A stretch of DNA of 64,000 nt, taken from contig CAWAWS010000004.1 in assembly GCA_963785725.1 (NCBI GenBank), forward strand, positions 128,001 through 192,000. Direction: 5' to 3'. This DNA comes from an uncultured delta proteobacterium (GTDB taxonomy: Bacteria > Myxococcota_A > Polyangia > Palsa-1104). The notes below the pieces were generated by a model. The model ran no database searches. It worked only from the letters and a program-made list of their open reading frames with translations, and was not told where the DNA came from. The translations under genes and the position numbers were made by a program. How positions within the stretch are numbered: position 1 is the stretch's first letter; every line of letters begins with the position of its first letter. Of the stretch, positions 18,972-29,148 are shown one piece after another.

Positions 18972-20116
18972 TTAACCCCAACCGAGGCGCTTCGAGATGA
19001 TCTCCTTCATGATCTCGGACGTGCCGCCGCCGATGGTGATGAGTCGCGCGTCGCGCCATTGCCGCGAGATCGGGAACTCGTCGGAGTAGCCGAAGCCGCC
19101 GTGCGCTTGCAGGCAGCGGTCGACCGTCTTGTTGAGCAGCTCGCCGCCGAACAGCTTGGCCATCGTGATCTCTTTGACCGCGTCCTGCTTGCGGTTGAAG
19201 AGGTCGACGGCGCGATAGGTGAGCCAGCGCGCGGCCTCGATCTCCGTCGCCAGCTCGGCGAACGTGTGGCGCCACACTTGGAACTTCAAGATCGGGCGGC
19301 CGAACGCGCTGCGCTCCGTCGTGTAGCGGATGGTGTTGTCGAGCGCGTACTGCGCGCCGGCGACGGACTTGACGGCCGCGATGAGCCGCTCGCCCTGGAA
19401 GTTCATCATGATGTAGTAGAAGCCCGCGTTCTCCTCGCCGAGCAGGTTGCGGCGGGGATGCGGCAGTCTTCGAAGTCAGCTCGGCCGTGTCGGACGCGTG
19501 GTTGCCGAGCTTGTCGATCTTGCGCGCGACCTTGAAGCCCTTTGGCGTCCGTCGGGAAGAGCACGAGCGAGATGCCGCCGTAGCCCTCGTCGCCGGTGCG
19601 CACGGCGAGCGTGATGAAGTCGGCGCGCGTGCCGTTGGTGATCCAACATTTGGCGCCGTTGATGACGTATTCGTCGCCGACACGACGCGCGGTGGTGCGG
19701 ATCGACGCGACGTCGCTGCCGCAGTTGGGCTCGCTGACGCCGAGCGCGGCGATGCGCTCGCCCTTCAGCGCCGGGACGAGGAATTCGTCTTTTTGCGCGC
19801 GCGTGCCCAGCTCGTTGATGATCGGCGTGGCCATCGTCGACTGCACGGCGAGCGACATGGCGACGCCGGCGCAGTTGGCGCGCACCAGCTCCTCGCCCCA
19901 CACGGCCGTGTACCACCAATCGCCGCCCGAGCCGCCGACGTCCTCCGGATAGGACGCGCCCAAGAAGCCCATCTCACCGGCTTTCTTGAAGATCTCGCGC
20001 GGGAACAGCTCCGCTTTCTCCCACTCGTTGGCGTTCGGCGTCAGCTCTTTGAGCACCCAATCGCGCAGCGTCTTGCGGAAGATCTCGTGCTCTTCGCGGA
20101 AGAAAGTAGTTAGCAT
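18972..20116 (-). CDS. Acyl-CoA dehydrogenase, frameshifted at ~19450-19550
   Basis: ALGVSEPNCGSDV, INGAKCWITNG, KLGNHASDTAEL, ERSAFGRPI, LQAHGGFGY, WRDARLITIGGGTSEIM across frames. Confidence 0.92.
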
Positions 20117-20151
20117 GCGAAATATTTCGCACACAAAGTAATTGCCGTCAA
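20116..20151 (-). promoter_or_regulatory. Perfect 16-bp palindrome (operator-like) at the start codon, with a TTGACG -35-like box
   Basis: TGCGAAATATTTCGCA at 20116-20131; TTGACG on the minus strand at 20151-20146. Confidence 0.6.
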
Positions 20152-20288
20152 CGCCTCTGCGACAGCGAGAATGGACCTACAGTCGGCGCGCCCGGGCGAC
20201 ATCCGTCGCGTCGGGGCAGCGACGTATTCGTACGATTGCGCGCGCTCTTCTTGCCGCTCGCGCGTTCGTCGCGCTAGACTCGAAGATC

Positions 20289-21071
20289 ATGGCAGCGCCC
20301 CGCGTCCTGGTCGTGGACGACGACCCGTGGATCCTTCGCATGGTTTCCACTTTGCTCGAGAAGCGTGGCTACGCCATCACCACCGCCAGCGACGGTGAAG
20401 AGGGCTTGATGCGCGCCGATGCCGTGCGCCCCGACCTCATCATCACCGACGTCATGATGCCGAAGTTGGACGGCTGGTCGTTGGTGCGCGCGCTGCGTTC
20501 TCGCGCCGAGCTGACGCTGGTGCCGGTGATCTTCTTGACGGCGCTCGGCGGCGAGGAGGATCGCATCCGCGGCTTCCGGCTCGGCGCCGACGACTACTTG
20601 CCCAAGCCGTTCCGCTTCGAAGAGCTCGACCTGCGCGTCGCCAATGCGCTCAAGAAGGCGAAGGTGACGCAGCAGAAGGCCGAAGAGGTGATGCGCGCGC
20701 CGCACGAGCCGCCGCCGTTGCCGGGCAAGAAGCCGGCGGGTATTCACGGCACGCTCGAGCAGCTCGGGTTGTCGTCGCTCTTGGTGATGATCGAGATGGA
20801 GCGCAAGAGCGGCATCTTGCGGCTCGAGCGGATGGGCGCGACGGGACGCGTGTTCGTGCGCGAAGGGCGCGTCATCGCCGCGCGGCTCGACGGCGATCGC
20901 GCGCCGGCCAACGCGCGCAAAGGCGCCGAGGCGGTCTACCATTTGCTGACGTGGGTCGACGGCCGCTTCGACTTCTCGGCGGTCGACGTCGACATGGAAG
21001 ACGAAGTGAAGTCGACGACGACTCATATCCTGATGGAAGGCGCGCGGCTGATCGACGAGGGCAAGCGTTAG
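20289..21071 (+). CDS. Response regulator: receiver domain plus DUF4388-like output domain
   Basis: VLVVDDD, ITDVMMPKLDG, FLT, GADDYLPKPF; C-terminal GTLEQLGLSSLL...KSGIL...WVDGRFDF...ILMEGARLIDE. Confidence 0.9.
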   Translation: MAAPRVLVVDDDPWILRMVSTLLEKRGYAITTASDGEEGLMRADAVRPDLIITDVMMPKLDGWSLVRALRSRAELTLVPVIFLTALGGEEDRIRGFRLGADDYLPKPFRFEELDLRVANALKKAKVTQQKAEEVMRAPHEPPPLPGKKPAGIHGTLEQLGLSSLLVMIEMERKSGILRLERMGATGRVFVREGRVIAARLDGDRAPANARKGAEAVYHLLTWVDGRFDFSAVDVDMEDEVKSTTTHILMEGARLIDEGKR

Positions 21072-21246
21072 GATCCATCGCGACGGATGTAGACGCGTCG
21101 CGAGCGGTCCAAGTGTAAGGCGGAGCGAGCACCGGAGCGGAGCGGGCTCTCGCCCGTGAGCACCGGCCGGTTCCTCGCTGGTGCGGGCCGACGACGATAG
21201 TCGACGGAGCACAGCGACAACGCGGCGATTGGGCGCGCAGCAGCTT

Positions 21247-21786
21247 CTACGGTCGGCGCAGCTCGAAGCGCAGCATGCGCGGGTTGCCGCCTTCACCGAT
21301 GAATCCGAGGCCGCTCTTTTCGAGCACGCGGATCGCCTGCTCGTCGCCGGCGAGCACGCGCGCGCGGATGATGCGGACGTCGTCGTGCGAGAACGCCCAG
21401 TCGATGAGCGCGCCCAACGCTTCGATGGCGTAGCCGCGGCGCTGGAATTGCGCCAGCATCGAGTGGCCGATGTCGACGCCGCCGTCGCCGTCGGGCTTGC
21501 CGTGGAAGCCGAGATTGCCGACGAGCGTCGGCGACTCCTGCTGCACGGCGTACCAAACCGACCAGCCGACCAGCGTCGCGTCGGCGGCGAGGCGGCGCGG
21601 CAGGCTCGCCTGATCGTCGGCGAACAGCGGCGGTGGCCACGCCGGCGGCACCGTCGCCTGCAGTGCGGCGGCGAGCGCCGCGTGGTCGTTGTCGCGCGTG
21701 CCGTCGCTGTCGAGGCGGGCGAGCTCGGCGGTGGCGGCGATCAGCTCCAGGCGGCGCGTGAACAGCCGCGGCGCATCGTCTTGCAC
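21247..21786 (-). CDS. GNAT acetyltransferase, RimJ/RimL-like
   Basis: LFTRRLEL, VGNLGFHGKP, DIGH, QRRGYAIEA, RVLEKSG. Confidence 0.85.
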   Translation of the reverse strand: MQDDAPRLFTRRLELIAATAELARLDSDGTRDNDHAALAAALQATVPPAWPPPLFADDQASLPRRLAADATLVGWSVWYAVQQESPTLVGNLGFHGKPDGDGGVDIGHSMLAQFQRRGYAIEALGALIDWAFSHDDVRIIRARVLAGDEQAIRVLEKSGLGFIGEGGNPRMLRFELRRP

Positions 21787-21828
21787 GCCGCTAATGTACC
21801 GCATCGTGCGCGCGACGCCCGCTGCGAA

Positions 21829-22746
21829 TTACGCGCGCGTTTGCTGCGCGCGGCGTAGGCGGCGCGCCTCTCTGCTGACGAGCCAGATGCCGAGCCCGAT
21901 GAACGCGCCGCCGACGTAGGTGTCCGCCGACGGGCGCTCGTCGAGCCGAGCCGCGGCCATGAGCGCGCCCACGATCGGCTGCACGTAAATGTAGATCGCC
22001 ACCAACGACGCCGGCGCGCGGCGCAGCGCGAACATGTTGAGGAAATAGGTGCCCACCGTCGGTGAAATGACGATGTAGGCGACGTAGCCCCACGTCTTCG
22101 GCGACAAGGAAGACGCGGCGTGAATGAGCGGCCAGGCGCCGAACGGCAAGACGCCGAGCGTGCCGAAGACGAAGGTCCAGGTGACGACGGTGAGCGGGCG
22201 ATATTTCGCCAACAGCCGGCGCGAGATGACGAGGTAGATCGAGAACGACAGCGAGTTCAGGACGACGAGCAGGTTGCCGACGAGGCGCCCGCCGCTCGTC
22301 TGAAAACGGCCGGCGCCGACGATGATCATCGCGCCCACGCAGGCGACGCCGAGGCCGACGATCTTGCCGACGGTGGCCGCCTCGCGCTTCAAGACGACGG
22401 CGACACCGACGGTGAAGACGGGGATGGTGGCGCCGATGACGACGGCGTTGGTCGCGGTCGTGCGCTGCAAGCCGAGGATGAAGATGAGCATGTTGGCGGT
22501 GACGCCGAAGAACGCGTAGGCGGCGAGCTCGGGGAAGTCGCGGCGGTCGACTCGTTCGCGGCCGGTGACCAGCCAGGCGACGAGCATGATCAGCGTCGCC
22601 GCCGAGACGCGGGCGCAGATGAGCGCGAACGGCGACAGCTCGACCAGCGCCAGCTTGCCGACGATCGACAAGGACGCGAACATGAGCTGCACGGCGACGA
22701 GCGCCGCGTGCACGGACGCGGGGATGCGCGCTTCGGAGTCGTTCAC
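21829..22746 (-). CDS. DMT/EamA-family transporter
   Basis: About ten hydrophobic segments in two repeats; PVFT...LKRE and YVQPIVG motifs. Confidence 0.9.
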   Translation of the reverse strand: MNDSEARIPASVHAALVAVQLMFASLSIVGKLALVELSPFALICARVSAATLIMLVAWLVTGRERVDRRDFPELAAYAFFGVTANMLIFILGLQRTTATNAVVIGATIPVFTVGVAVVLKREAATVGKIVGLGVACVGAMIIVGAGRFQTSGGRLVGNLLVVLNSLSFSIYLVISRRLLAKYRPLTVVTWTFVFGTLGVLPFGAWPLIHAASSLSPKTWGYVAYIVISPTVGTYFLNMFALRRAPASLVAIYIYVQPIVGALMAAARLDERPSADTYVGGAFIGLGIWLVSREARRLRRAQQTRA

Positions 22747-22822
22747 GGCTTATCGGATGCGCGCGGACATTGGTTGCGTCTCGATTTCGAACGTTGAATC
22801 GCGATGACGTCGCCGGCGACGC

Positions 22823-24313
22823 CTACGGCACCGTGTCTTCGGCCTCTTCTTCCAGCTCGCCCGTGTCGCCGCCTTCGATGCCGTACTTCTTCATCAGCTT
22901 GCGGAAATACTTGCGGTCGATGTCGGCCTCGCGCGCCGCGTGCGAGATGTTGCCCTTGTTCTTCTTCAGCAGCGTCACGATGTAGTCGCGCTCGAAGCTG
23001 GAGACCCAGCGCTCCTTGGCGTCCTTGAACGTCGAGTCGACGTCGGCGCCGGCGACGACGATCGGCTGCGACGTGCCGCCGGTGCGCCGCGGCGCCGACT
23101 CCTCGCCGCGCACGGTCTCCGGCAGATCGCGCGGCTCGATGAGCTCGCCCTCGGCGAAGCTGACGGCGCGCTCGATCGTGTTGACCAGCTCGCGCACGTT
23201 GCCCGGCCACTTGTAGGCCGCCAGCAGATCCATCGACGCGCGCGAGAGCCGCGGTAATCTTCGGCCGATCCGTCGGGCTTCTTGTTGTAGGTCGCTTCCG
23301 ACAGGAAGTGTTTGACGAGCAGCGCCAAGTCATCCGTGCGCTCGCGCAGCGGCGGCAAGAACACGCGCACGACGCTCAAGCGATAGAACAAATCCTGGCG
23401 GAAACGGCCGGCGCGCACCTCGTCCTCGAGGTTGCGGTTGGTGGCCGCGATGATGCGCACGTCGACCTTGATCGGCTTATTGGACCCGACGCGACGAATC
23501 TCGCGCTGCTCGAGCGCGCGCAGCAGCTTCGGCTGCAGGTCGATCGGCAGCTCGCCCAGCTCGTCGAGGAAGAGCGTGCCGCCGTGGGCCATCTCGAACA
23601 GGCCCTGGCGCGTCATGATGGCGCCGGTGAACGAGCCCTTCTCGTGGCCGAACAGCTCCGACTCGATCAGGTTGTCGGGCACCGCGCCGCAGTCGAAGAC
23701 CATGATCGGCCCCGACGCGCGCGTCGACAGCTCGTGGATGGTCTGCGCGACGACTTCCTTGCCCGTGCCGGTCTCGCCTTCGATGACGACGGTCGTGGCC
23801 GTGGGCGCGATCTTCTCGAGCATGGTGTAGAGCTCGCGCATCTTGACGTGCCGCCCGACCATGCGCCCGAGCTTCTCTTTGCGCGACGGCAGGATCTCCA
23901 CTTTCTCGTCGGCGGCGTGGAACTTGACCTCGGTGTTGCCGAGCCCGATCGTGCAGCCGGGCTTCAAGTACGCCTCTTTGATGCGCACGCGGTTGATGAA
24001 CGTGCCGTTCGTCGAGCCGCAGATCGACGAGCAAGTAGCTGGTGTCCTCTTGCACGATCTTGCAGTGGTAGCGCGACACCGTGTCGTCGCTGACGACGAG
24101 GTCGTTGTCCTCCATCGCGCCGACGGTGATGCTGCCCTTGTCGAACGTGTGCTCGCGCGCGCGCCCGCCGACGTTGGTGATGAGCTTGCACTTGCGTAGG
24201 TGCAGCGTCGCCGGCTTGACGCCGTCGTAGTGCACCTTGGTCGGCGGCACGTAGTCGGGAAACTTCTTCGGCCCCGGCGGCGGCGCTCCGAAGCTGGGAT
24301 CAGGTGGGGTCAT
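22823..24313 (-). CDS. FHA + sigma54-dependent enhancer-binding protein with Fis HTH, frameshifted at ~24018 and ~23245-23265
   Basis: [14 protein letters not shown] and STNGTF (FHA), [56 protein letters not shown]. Confidence 0.92.
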
Positions 24314-24422
24314 CCGACCCTAATTCTCCGTTGAAAGTATTCCAACGTCAAGAAGGACGGGGACTTCCGTTTCCCCTACGACGTTGGTCCGCGCTGTCCG
24401 ATTCTTGTACAATCGTTGCCGC

Positions 24423-27335
24423 TTGCTGGGCGACGTTCAAAGATTGAACACGCTACGCGATCAACTCGATGGGCTGCCCGAAGGTGAAGGGCGCGCCTAC
24501 GTCGAGTCGGAGATCGCGGCGCTGCTGATCGATCGCGGCGACTACGGGCAAGCGCTCGTGCACCTCGGCGGCGCGCGGCGGGCGACGGGTGAGCCGCGCC
24601 TCCGCGATCGCGTCGACATGCTGACCGGCGTGGCGCTCTTGCGGCGCGGCGAGGTCGAGCGCGCCGAGCCGCACCTGGAGCGGCAGCTCGAGAGCGCGCG
24701 CGAGCGGCGCGACCTCGAAGCGGAAGCGCGCGCGTTGCTGCATTTGGCCGAGGTTTACCGGCGTCGCGGCGAAGCGCCGCGGGCGGCGCGCGCGATCGAG
24801 CGGGCGCGGTTTTACTTCGAGTCGCACCCCGACGCGGCGGCGCTGGCGGCGACATACACCTGTCGCGCCGAGCTGGCGTTGGCGGGCGAAGATTGGGCGC
24901 GCGGCGAGGAGTGGGCGCAGCGCGCGGCCGAGCTGGCGGCGTCGGTGCTGGCGATCGCGGCCGAGGCGGCGGCGCTGGTGACGCTCGGTCGACTGCGCGG
25001 CAAGCGCGGCGCCGTCGCCGAAGCGGAGGGTGCGCTCGGGCGCGCCATCGAGCTGTTGTCGACGGCGAACATGCCGCGCGAGCTGGCCGAAGCCTACTTC
25101 GCGTACGGCCACCTGATCGGCGACTCCGGCGACGACCCCCGCGACGCCGCGCGCGTAGGCTCGGCGGCGACGTTCATCGCGCGCGCCCAAGAGCTGTTCC
25201 GCGAGCACGGCGCGCTGGCCGACTTGGAGCGCGTGCGCCAGGCGTTCCAGCGTTTCGGCCGGCGCGCGACCGATCAAGTGGCCGCCGCCGAGCTGCGCGA
25301 ATTGGGCGAAGGGCTGCGCGCGTCGCGGCTCGACGTCACGCGCCAGGTGCACAAGCTCGTCGACGCGGTGGAGCAGGGCATCGGCCGCGTCGACGGCGAG
25401 CTGCCGTCGGTGGCGCGCGGCAAGCTGCACGCCATCAGCCGCGAAGCCGTGGCCGCCGAGCGCGCGGTGACGACGGGCGTCGAGGCGCTGGCCGAGGCCG
25501 AGGCGCGCCTCGTGGCCGCGCTGCAGACGATGGTCGTCGAGCGCGAGAGTGTGCGCACGCTGCTCGATCTCTGTCGCGCGCTGACGTCGATCGAGGATCC
25601 GCTGCGGGTGACGCACGAGCTGTGCAAGATGGCGGCGCAGCTGACGGGCGCCGATCGCGCGTTGGTGACGCTCGTCGAAGGCGATCGGCTGGAGCTGCGC
25701 GCGTCTTTGCGCATGCCCAACGTCGCCGGCGAGGCCGGCTGGCGCGACGCGATGGACGGCGTGCGCGCCGGCGGCGGCGCCCGGCTCGTCGGTGCGCGCG
25801 CCGGCGTCGCGGCCGAGCCGCCGGCCTCGGCTGGCGGGCAAAACGCGCGGCTGACGCGCGATCCGCACGGCGACGAGCCGCGCCTCGGCCACGCGCTGGT
25901 GACGCCGCTGCGGGTCGGCGAGCAGCTGCTGGGTGCGATCTACGTCGACAAAGAGCTGTGCGGCGGCCTGTTCACGCCGCATGACCTCGAGCTGTTGACG
26001 ATGTTTTGCGCGCAAGCGGCGACGATCCTGCAGAGCACGCAGACGGCCGACACGCAGCGGCGCGCGCTGGCGGTGCGCACGGCGGCGCTGGACGCGATCG
26101 GCGACGGCCTGCTCGCCTTCGACGCGCGCGGCCGGCTCGTCGCGCTGCACGGCGCCGTCGCGCGCAGCCTCGGCGTCACCGTCGGCGCCGTCGCGGTCGA
26201 GCTGCCGGCGTTGGCCGCAATCGTGGCCGAAGCGAGCGCAACGGCCGGCGCGGCTTCGGCCGTCGTGCCGCTGGGTGGCGGCGAATATTGGGCGAGCGCG
26301 CGCCGGTCGACGACCGCGGCCGGCGGCGGCGATGACGCGGTCGCCGTCGTCGTCACGCTGACGGCGCTGTCGCGCGCGCAGGCGATGGCGCAGCGGCTCG
26401 CCGGCACGCCGGCGCGGGCCAGCTTCGCCGACCTCGTCGGGCGCGCGCCGTCGCTGCGCCGGCAGCTTTCGCGCGCCGAAAGCGCCGCCGCGGTCGGCGA
26501 CGGCGGCGTCATCGTCATCGGCGAGCCGGGCAGCGGCAAGACGCTCTTGACGCAGGCGCTGCATCGCGCGTCGGCGCGCGCCCACGGGCCCTTCGTCGTC
26601 GTCGACTGCGCGGCGGTTCCGCGGGCGCTGCTCGAGGTCGAGCTCTTCGGCGCGAGCGGCGGCGCGGCCGGCAAGCTGGAGCTGGCCGCCGGCGGCACGC
26701 TGGTGCTCGAGTCGCTCGGCGAGCTGCCGTTGGCGCTGCAGGTCAAGCTCGCGGGCGCGCTGCAAGAGCGGCGCATTCGTCGCGCCGGCGGCGCGCGCGA
26801 GACCGAGCTCATGGCGCGCCTCGTGGCCACGTCGCGGCAGCCGCTCGACGACGATGCCGAAGGCGGGCTCGTCCGTCGCCTCGGCGCCGTGCCGATCACG
26901 CTGCCGCCCTTGCGCGATCGGCCGGGCGACGTGCCGCTGCTCGTCGCCCATTGGCTCGGCCCGTTGGCGGCGCGCTTCGGCAAGCGGCTGCGCGCGCTGG
27001 CGCCGCACGTGCTCGACGCCTTCGCCGCCTACGACTGGCCGGGCAACGTGCGCGAGCTGGAGCGCGTCTTGGAAGCCGAGGTCTATCGTGCGGCCGACAG
27101 CGAGACGGTCATGGACGTCGTGCCGCCGCTGCTTAAAACCCGCAGCACGATGACGAGCACGACGACGACGGCGCGGACGCTCGAAGAGAGTGAGAAAGAG
27201 CTGCTCATCTACGCGCTCGGGCAGCACGCCGGCTCGATCCCCGACGTCGCGCGCCAGCTCGGCATTTCGCGCGGCACTGTCTACAACAAGCTGCGCCGCT
27301 TCGCGCTCGATCCCGACCGTTTTCGCCGCGGATGA
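24423..27335 (+). CDS. Atypical enhancer-binding-protein-like regulator: TPR-like helices, GAF, degenerate AAA+ and Fis HTH (start uncertain, 24384-24423)
   Basis: LLGAIYVD...FTPHDLELL (GAF), [48 protein letters not shown]. Confidence 0.85.
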   Translation: MLGDVQRLNTLRDQLDGLPEGEGRAYVESEIAALLIDRGDYGQALVHLGGARRATGEPRLRDRVDMLTGVALLRRGEVERAEPHLERQLESARERRDLEAEARALLHLAEVYRRRGEAPRAARAIERARFYFESHPDAAALAATYTCRAELALAGEDWARGEEWAQRAAELAASVLAIAAEAAALVTLGRLRGKRGAVAEAEGALGRAIELLSTANMPRELAEAYFAYGHLIGDSGDDPRDAARVGSAATFIARAQELFREHGALADLERVRQAFQRFGRRATDQVAAAELRELGEGLRASRLDVTRQVHKLVDAVEQGIGRVDGELPSVARGKLHAISREAVAAERAVTTGVEALAEAEARLVAALQTMVVERESVRTLLDLCRALTSIEDPLRVTHELCKMAAQLTGADRALVTLVEGDRLELRASLRMPNVAGEAGWRDAMDGVRAGGGARLVGARAGVAAEPPASAGGQNARLTRDPHGDEPRLGHALVTPLRVGEQLLGAIYVDKELCGGLFTPHDLELLTMFCAQAATILQSTQTADTQRRALAVRTAALDAIGDGLLAFDARGRLVALHGAVARSLGVTVGAVAVELPALAAIVAEASATAGAASAVVPLGGGEYWASARRSTTAAGGGDDAVAVVVTLTALSRAQAMAQRLAGTPARASFADLVGRAPSLRRQLSRAESAAAVGDGGVIVIGEPGSGKTLLTQALHRASARAHGPFVVVDCAAVPRALLEVELFGASGGAAGKLELAAGGTLVLESLGELPLALQVKLAGALQERRIRRAGGARETELMARLVATSRQPLDDDAEGGLVRRLGAVPITLPPLRDRPGDVPLLVAHWLGPLAARFGKRLRALAPHVLDAFAAYDWPGNVRELERVLEAEVYRAADSETVMDVVPPLLKTRSTMTSTTTTARTLEESEKELLIYALGQHAGSIPDVARQLGISRGTVYNKLRRFALDPDRFRRG

Positions 27336-27370
27336 CGACGCCGCGCAAAACGTGTGCTACGACCGAGGGC

Positions 27371-28300
27371 GTGATTGGTCGGCCGGAAACCATCGAGCAT
27401 CAGTTCGTCGTCGAGAACGAGTGCGGCGGCTGGCGGCTCGATCGTTTCCTGCACAAGAAGATCCCGCGCCTCTCCCGGACGCGCGTGCAGCGGGTGATTC
27501 GCGGTGACTGTTGGATCGACGGGCGCGCCTGCCGGCCGTCGTCGACGGTGGTGGCCGGGCAGCGGGTGACGTTCCGCCGGCCGGCGCCGGTCGAGCCCGA
27601 CGCGCCGCGCGAGCTGCCGGTACTGCATACGGACGCGCAGTTCTACGCGCTCGACAAGCCGGCCGGCATCGCCATGCATCCGACGGCGAAGTATCACTAT
27701 TCGACGATCACGTCGGTGCTGCGCGAGAAGTTCGTCGACGAAGCGCTGCAGATTACGCATCGGCTCGATCTCGAGACGTCGGGCGTGCTGCTGATCGCGC
27801 GCAGTCGGGACTCGGCCGTCGCGCTCAAGCGCGCCTTCGCCAAGCGGCGCGTGCACAAGCGCTATCGCGCCATCGTGCACGGCGACTTCGCGGGCGATGA
27901 GGTCGTCGACGCGCCGCTCGGCCTCGCGGGCACGCTCGTGCGCGTCAAGATGGCGGTGCGCGCCGATGGGCTGCCGTCGCGGACGCGCTTTTCGCCGGTG
28001 TCGCGCCACGGTGATTACACGCTGGTCGACTGCTGGCCGGAGACGGGGCGGCAGCATCAGATTCGCGCGCACCTCGATCACATCGGCCATCCGATCGTCG
28101 GCGACAAGCTCTATCCCGACGAGAAGTTGTTCGCCGATTACCAAGATCACGGCTGGGACGCCGTGGCCGCGTCGTTGGCGCTGCCGCGCCAGGCGCTGCA
28201 CGCGGCCGAGCTGCGTTTTCCGCATCCGATGACGGGGGAAGAGGTCGTCGTTCACAGCGCGCTGCCCGGGGATCTGCGCGCATTTCTGGAGGCCCAATGA
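27371..28300 (+). CDS. RluA/RluD-family pseudouridine synthase with S4-like N-terminus (ORF opens at 27332)
   Basis: RLDRFL, DKPAG, HRLDLETSGVL, ETGRQHQIRAH, HPIVGDKLY, QALHA. Confidence 0.93.
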   Translation: MIGRPETIEHQFVVENECGGWRLDRFLHKKIPRLSRTRVQRVIRGDCWIDGRACRPSSTVVAGQRVTFRRPAPVEPDAPRELPVLHTDAQFYALDKPAGIAMHPTAKYHYSTITSVLREKFVDEALQITHRLDLETSGVLLIARSRDSAVALKRAFAKRRVHKRYRAIVHGDFAGDEVVDAPLGLAGTLVRVKMAVRADGLPSRTRFSPVSRHGDYTLVDCWPETGRQHQIRAHLDHIGHPIVGDKLYPDEKLFADYQDHGWDAVAASLALPRQALHAAELRFPHPMTGEEVVVHSALPGDLRAFLEAQ

Positions 28301-29109
28301 GGCGATTGTCGATTTTGCTGTTGGTGGTGGCCGGCTGTGCGCACACGCAGGCGACGACGGAGACGCTGACGGCGCCCACGTTCCAGCAGCGCATGTCGAA
28401 CGTCTATCAGCTGCTGGAAGCCGGTCGCGACGACGAGGCGGCGCGCGAGCTCGACGCGGCGAAGTCGGGCGCGGACGCCAAGCAGCTGCTCCACATCGCC
28501 TACGACGAGGCGACCATCGCGCTCGACAAAGAGGACTTCAGTAAGGCGCAACGGATCTTCGAGGCGCAGGCGGCGTCGGCCAAGGCCGAGCATCGCGCCG
28601 AGGACGAAGCGTGGCTGCACAACGCGCTCGTGTGGGTGCATTGGGCGACGGGCGATCGCGCGGGCGCGCTGGCCGAGAACGAGCAAGTCGCGGCGGTCGC
28701 CCGCGCGTCCTCGCTGTCCGACGACGACAAGCGCGGCATTCTCTTGCACTACTACTGGGACAAGGCCTATCTGCTCGTCGAGGATCACAAGGATGCCGAC
28801 GCCGACGCGGCGCGCGCCGAGTTCGTGGGCACGGCCAAGGAGCCGAACGATCACGACGGGCTCGCGGTGCTGGCGGCGTTCTTCGCCATCGAGCGCGGCG
28901 ACGCGGCGGGCGCGAAGACGGCCGCGGCGACGGTCGACGTCACCAAGGACGACGATCTGCAGGATCTGTATGTGTTGGCGCGCGCGATGGAGCTGGGCGG
29001 CGACGCGAAGACGGCGGAGTCGATTCGGCAGCGTATCCGCGCGGGCGCGCCCTATCCGATGAAGCCGCTCATGCTGCGCGAGATCGCCAAGGACGCGCGC
29101 AAGAAGTAA
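28297..29109 (+). CDS. Hypothetical alpha-helical (TPR-like) lipoprotein
   Basis: Lipobox VAGC; ATGA coupling to the upstream gene. Confidence 0.75.
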   Translation: MRRLSILLLVVAGCAHTQATTETLTAPTFQQRMSNVYQLLEAGRDDEAARELDAAKSGADAKQLLHIAYDEATIALDKEDFSKAQRIFEAQAASAKAEHRAEDEAWLHNALVWVHWATGDRAGALAENEQVAAVARASSLSDDDKRGILLHYYWDKAYLLVEDHKDADADAARAEFVGTAKEPNDHDGLAVLAAFFAIERGDAAGAKTAAATVDVTKDDDLQDLYVLARAMELGGDAKTAESIRQRIRAGAPYPMKPLMLREIAKDARKK

Positions 29110-29148
29110 CCGCCCGGTTACTTCGGCGCGCGCTAAGTAAACAGGCGT

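Noticed and set aside
18136..19683. 515-aa acyl-CoA dehydrogenase-TPR fusion
   Set aside because: Read-through of a shifted frame; the dehydrogenase stops at 18972 and the TPR gene has its own signal peptide from 18891.
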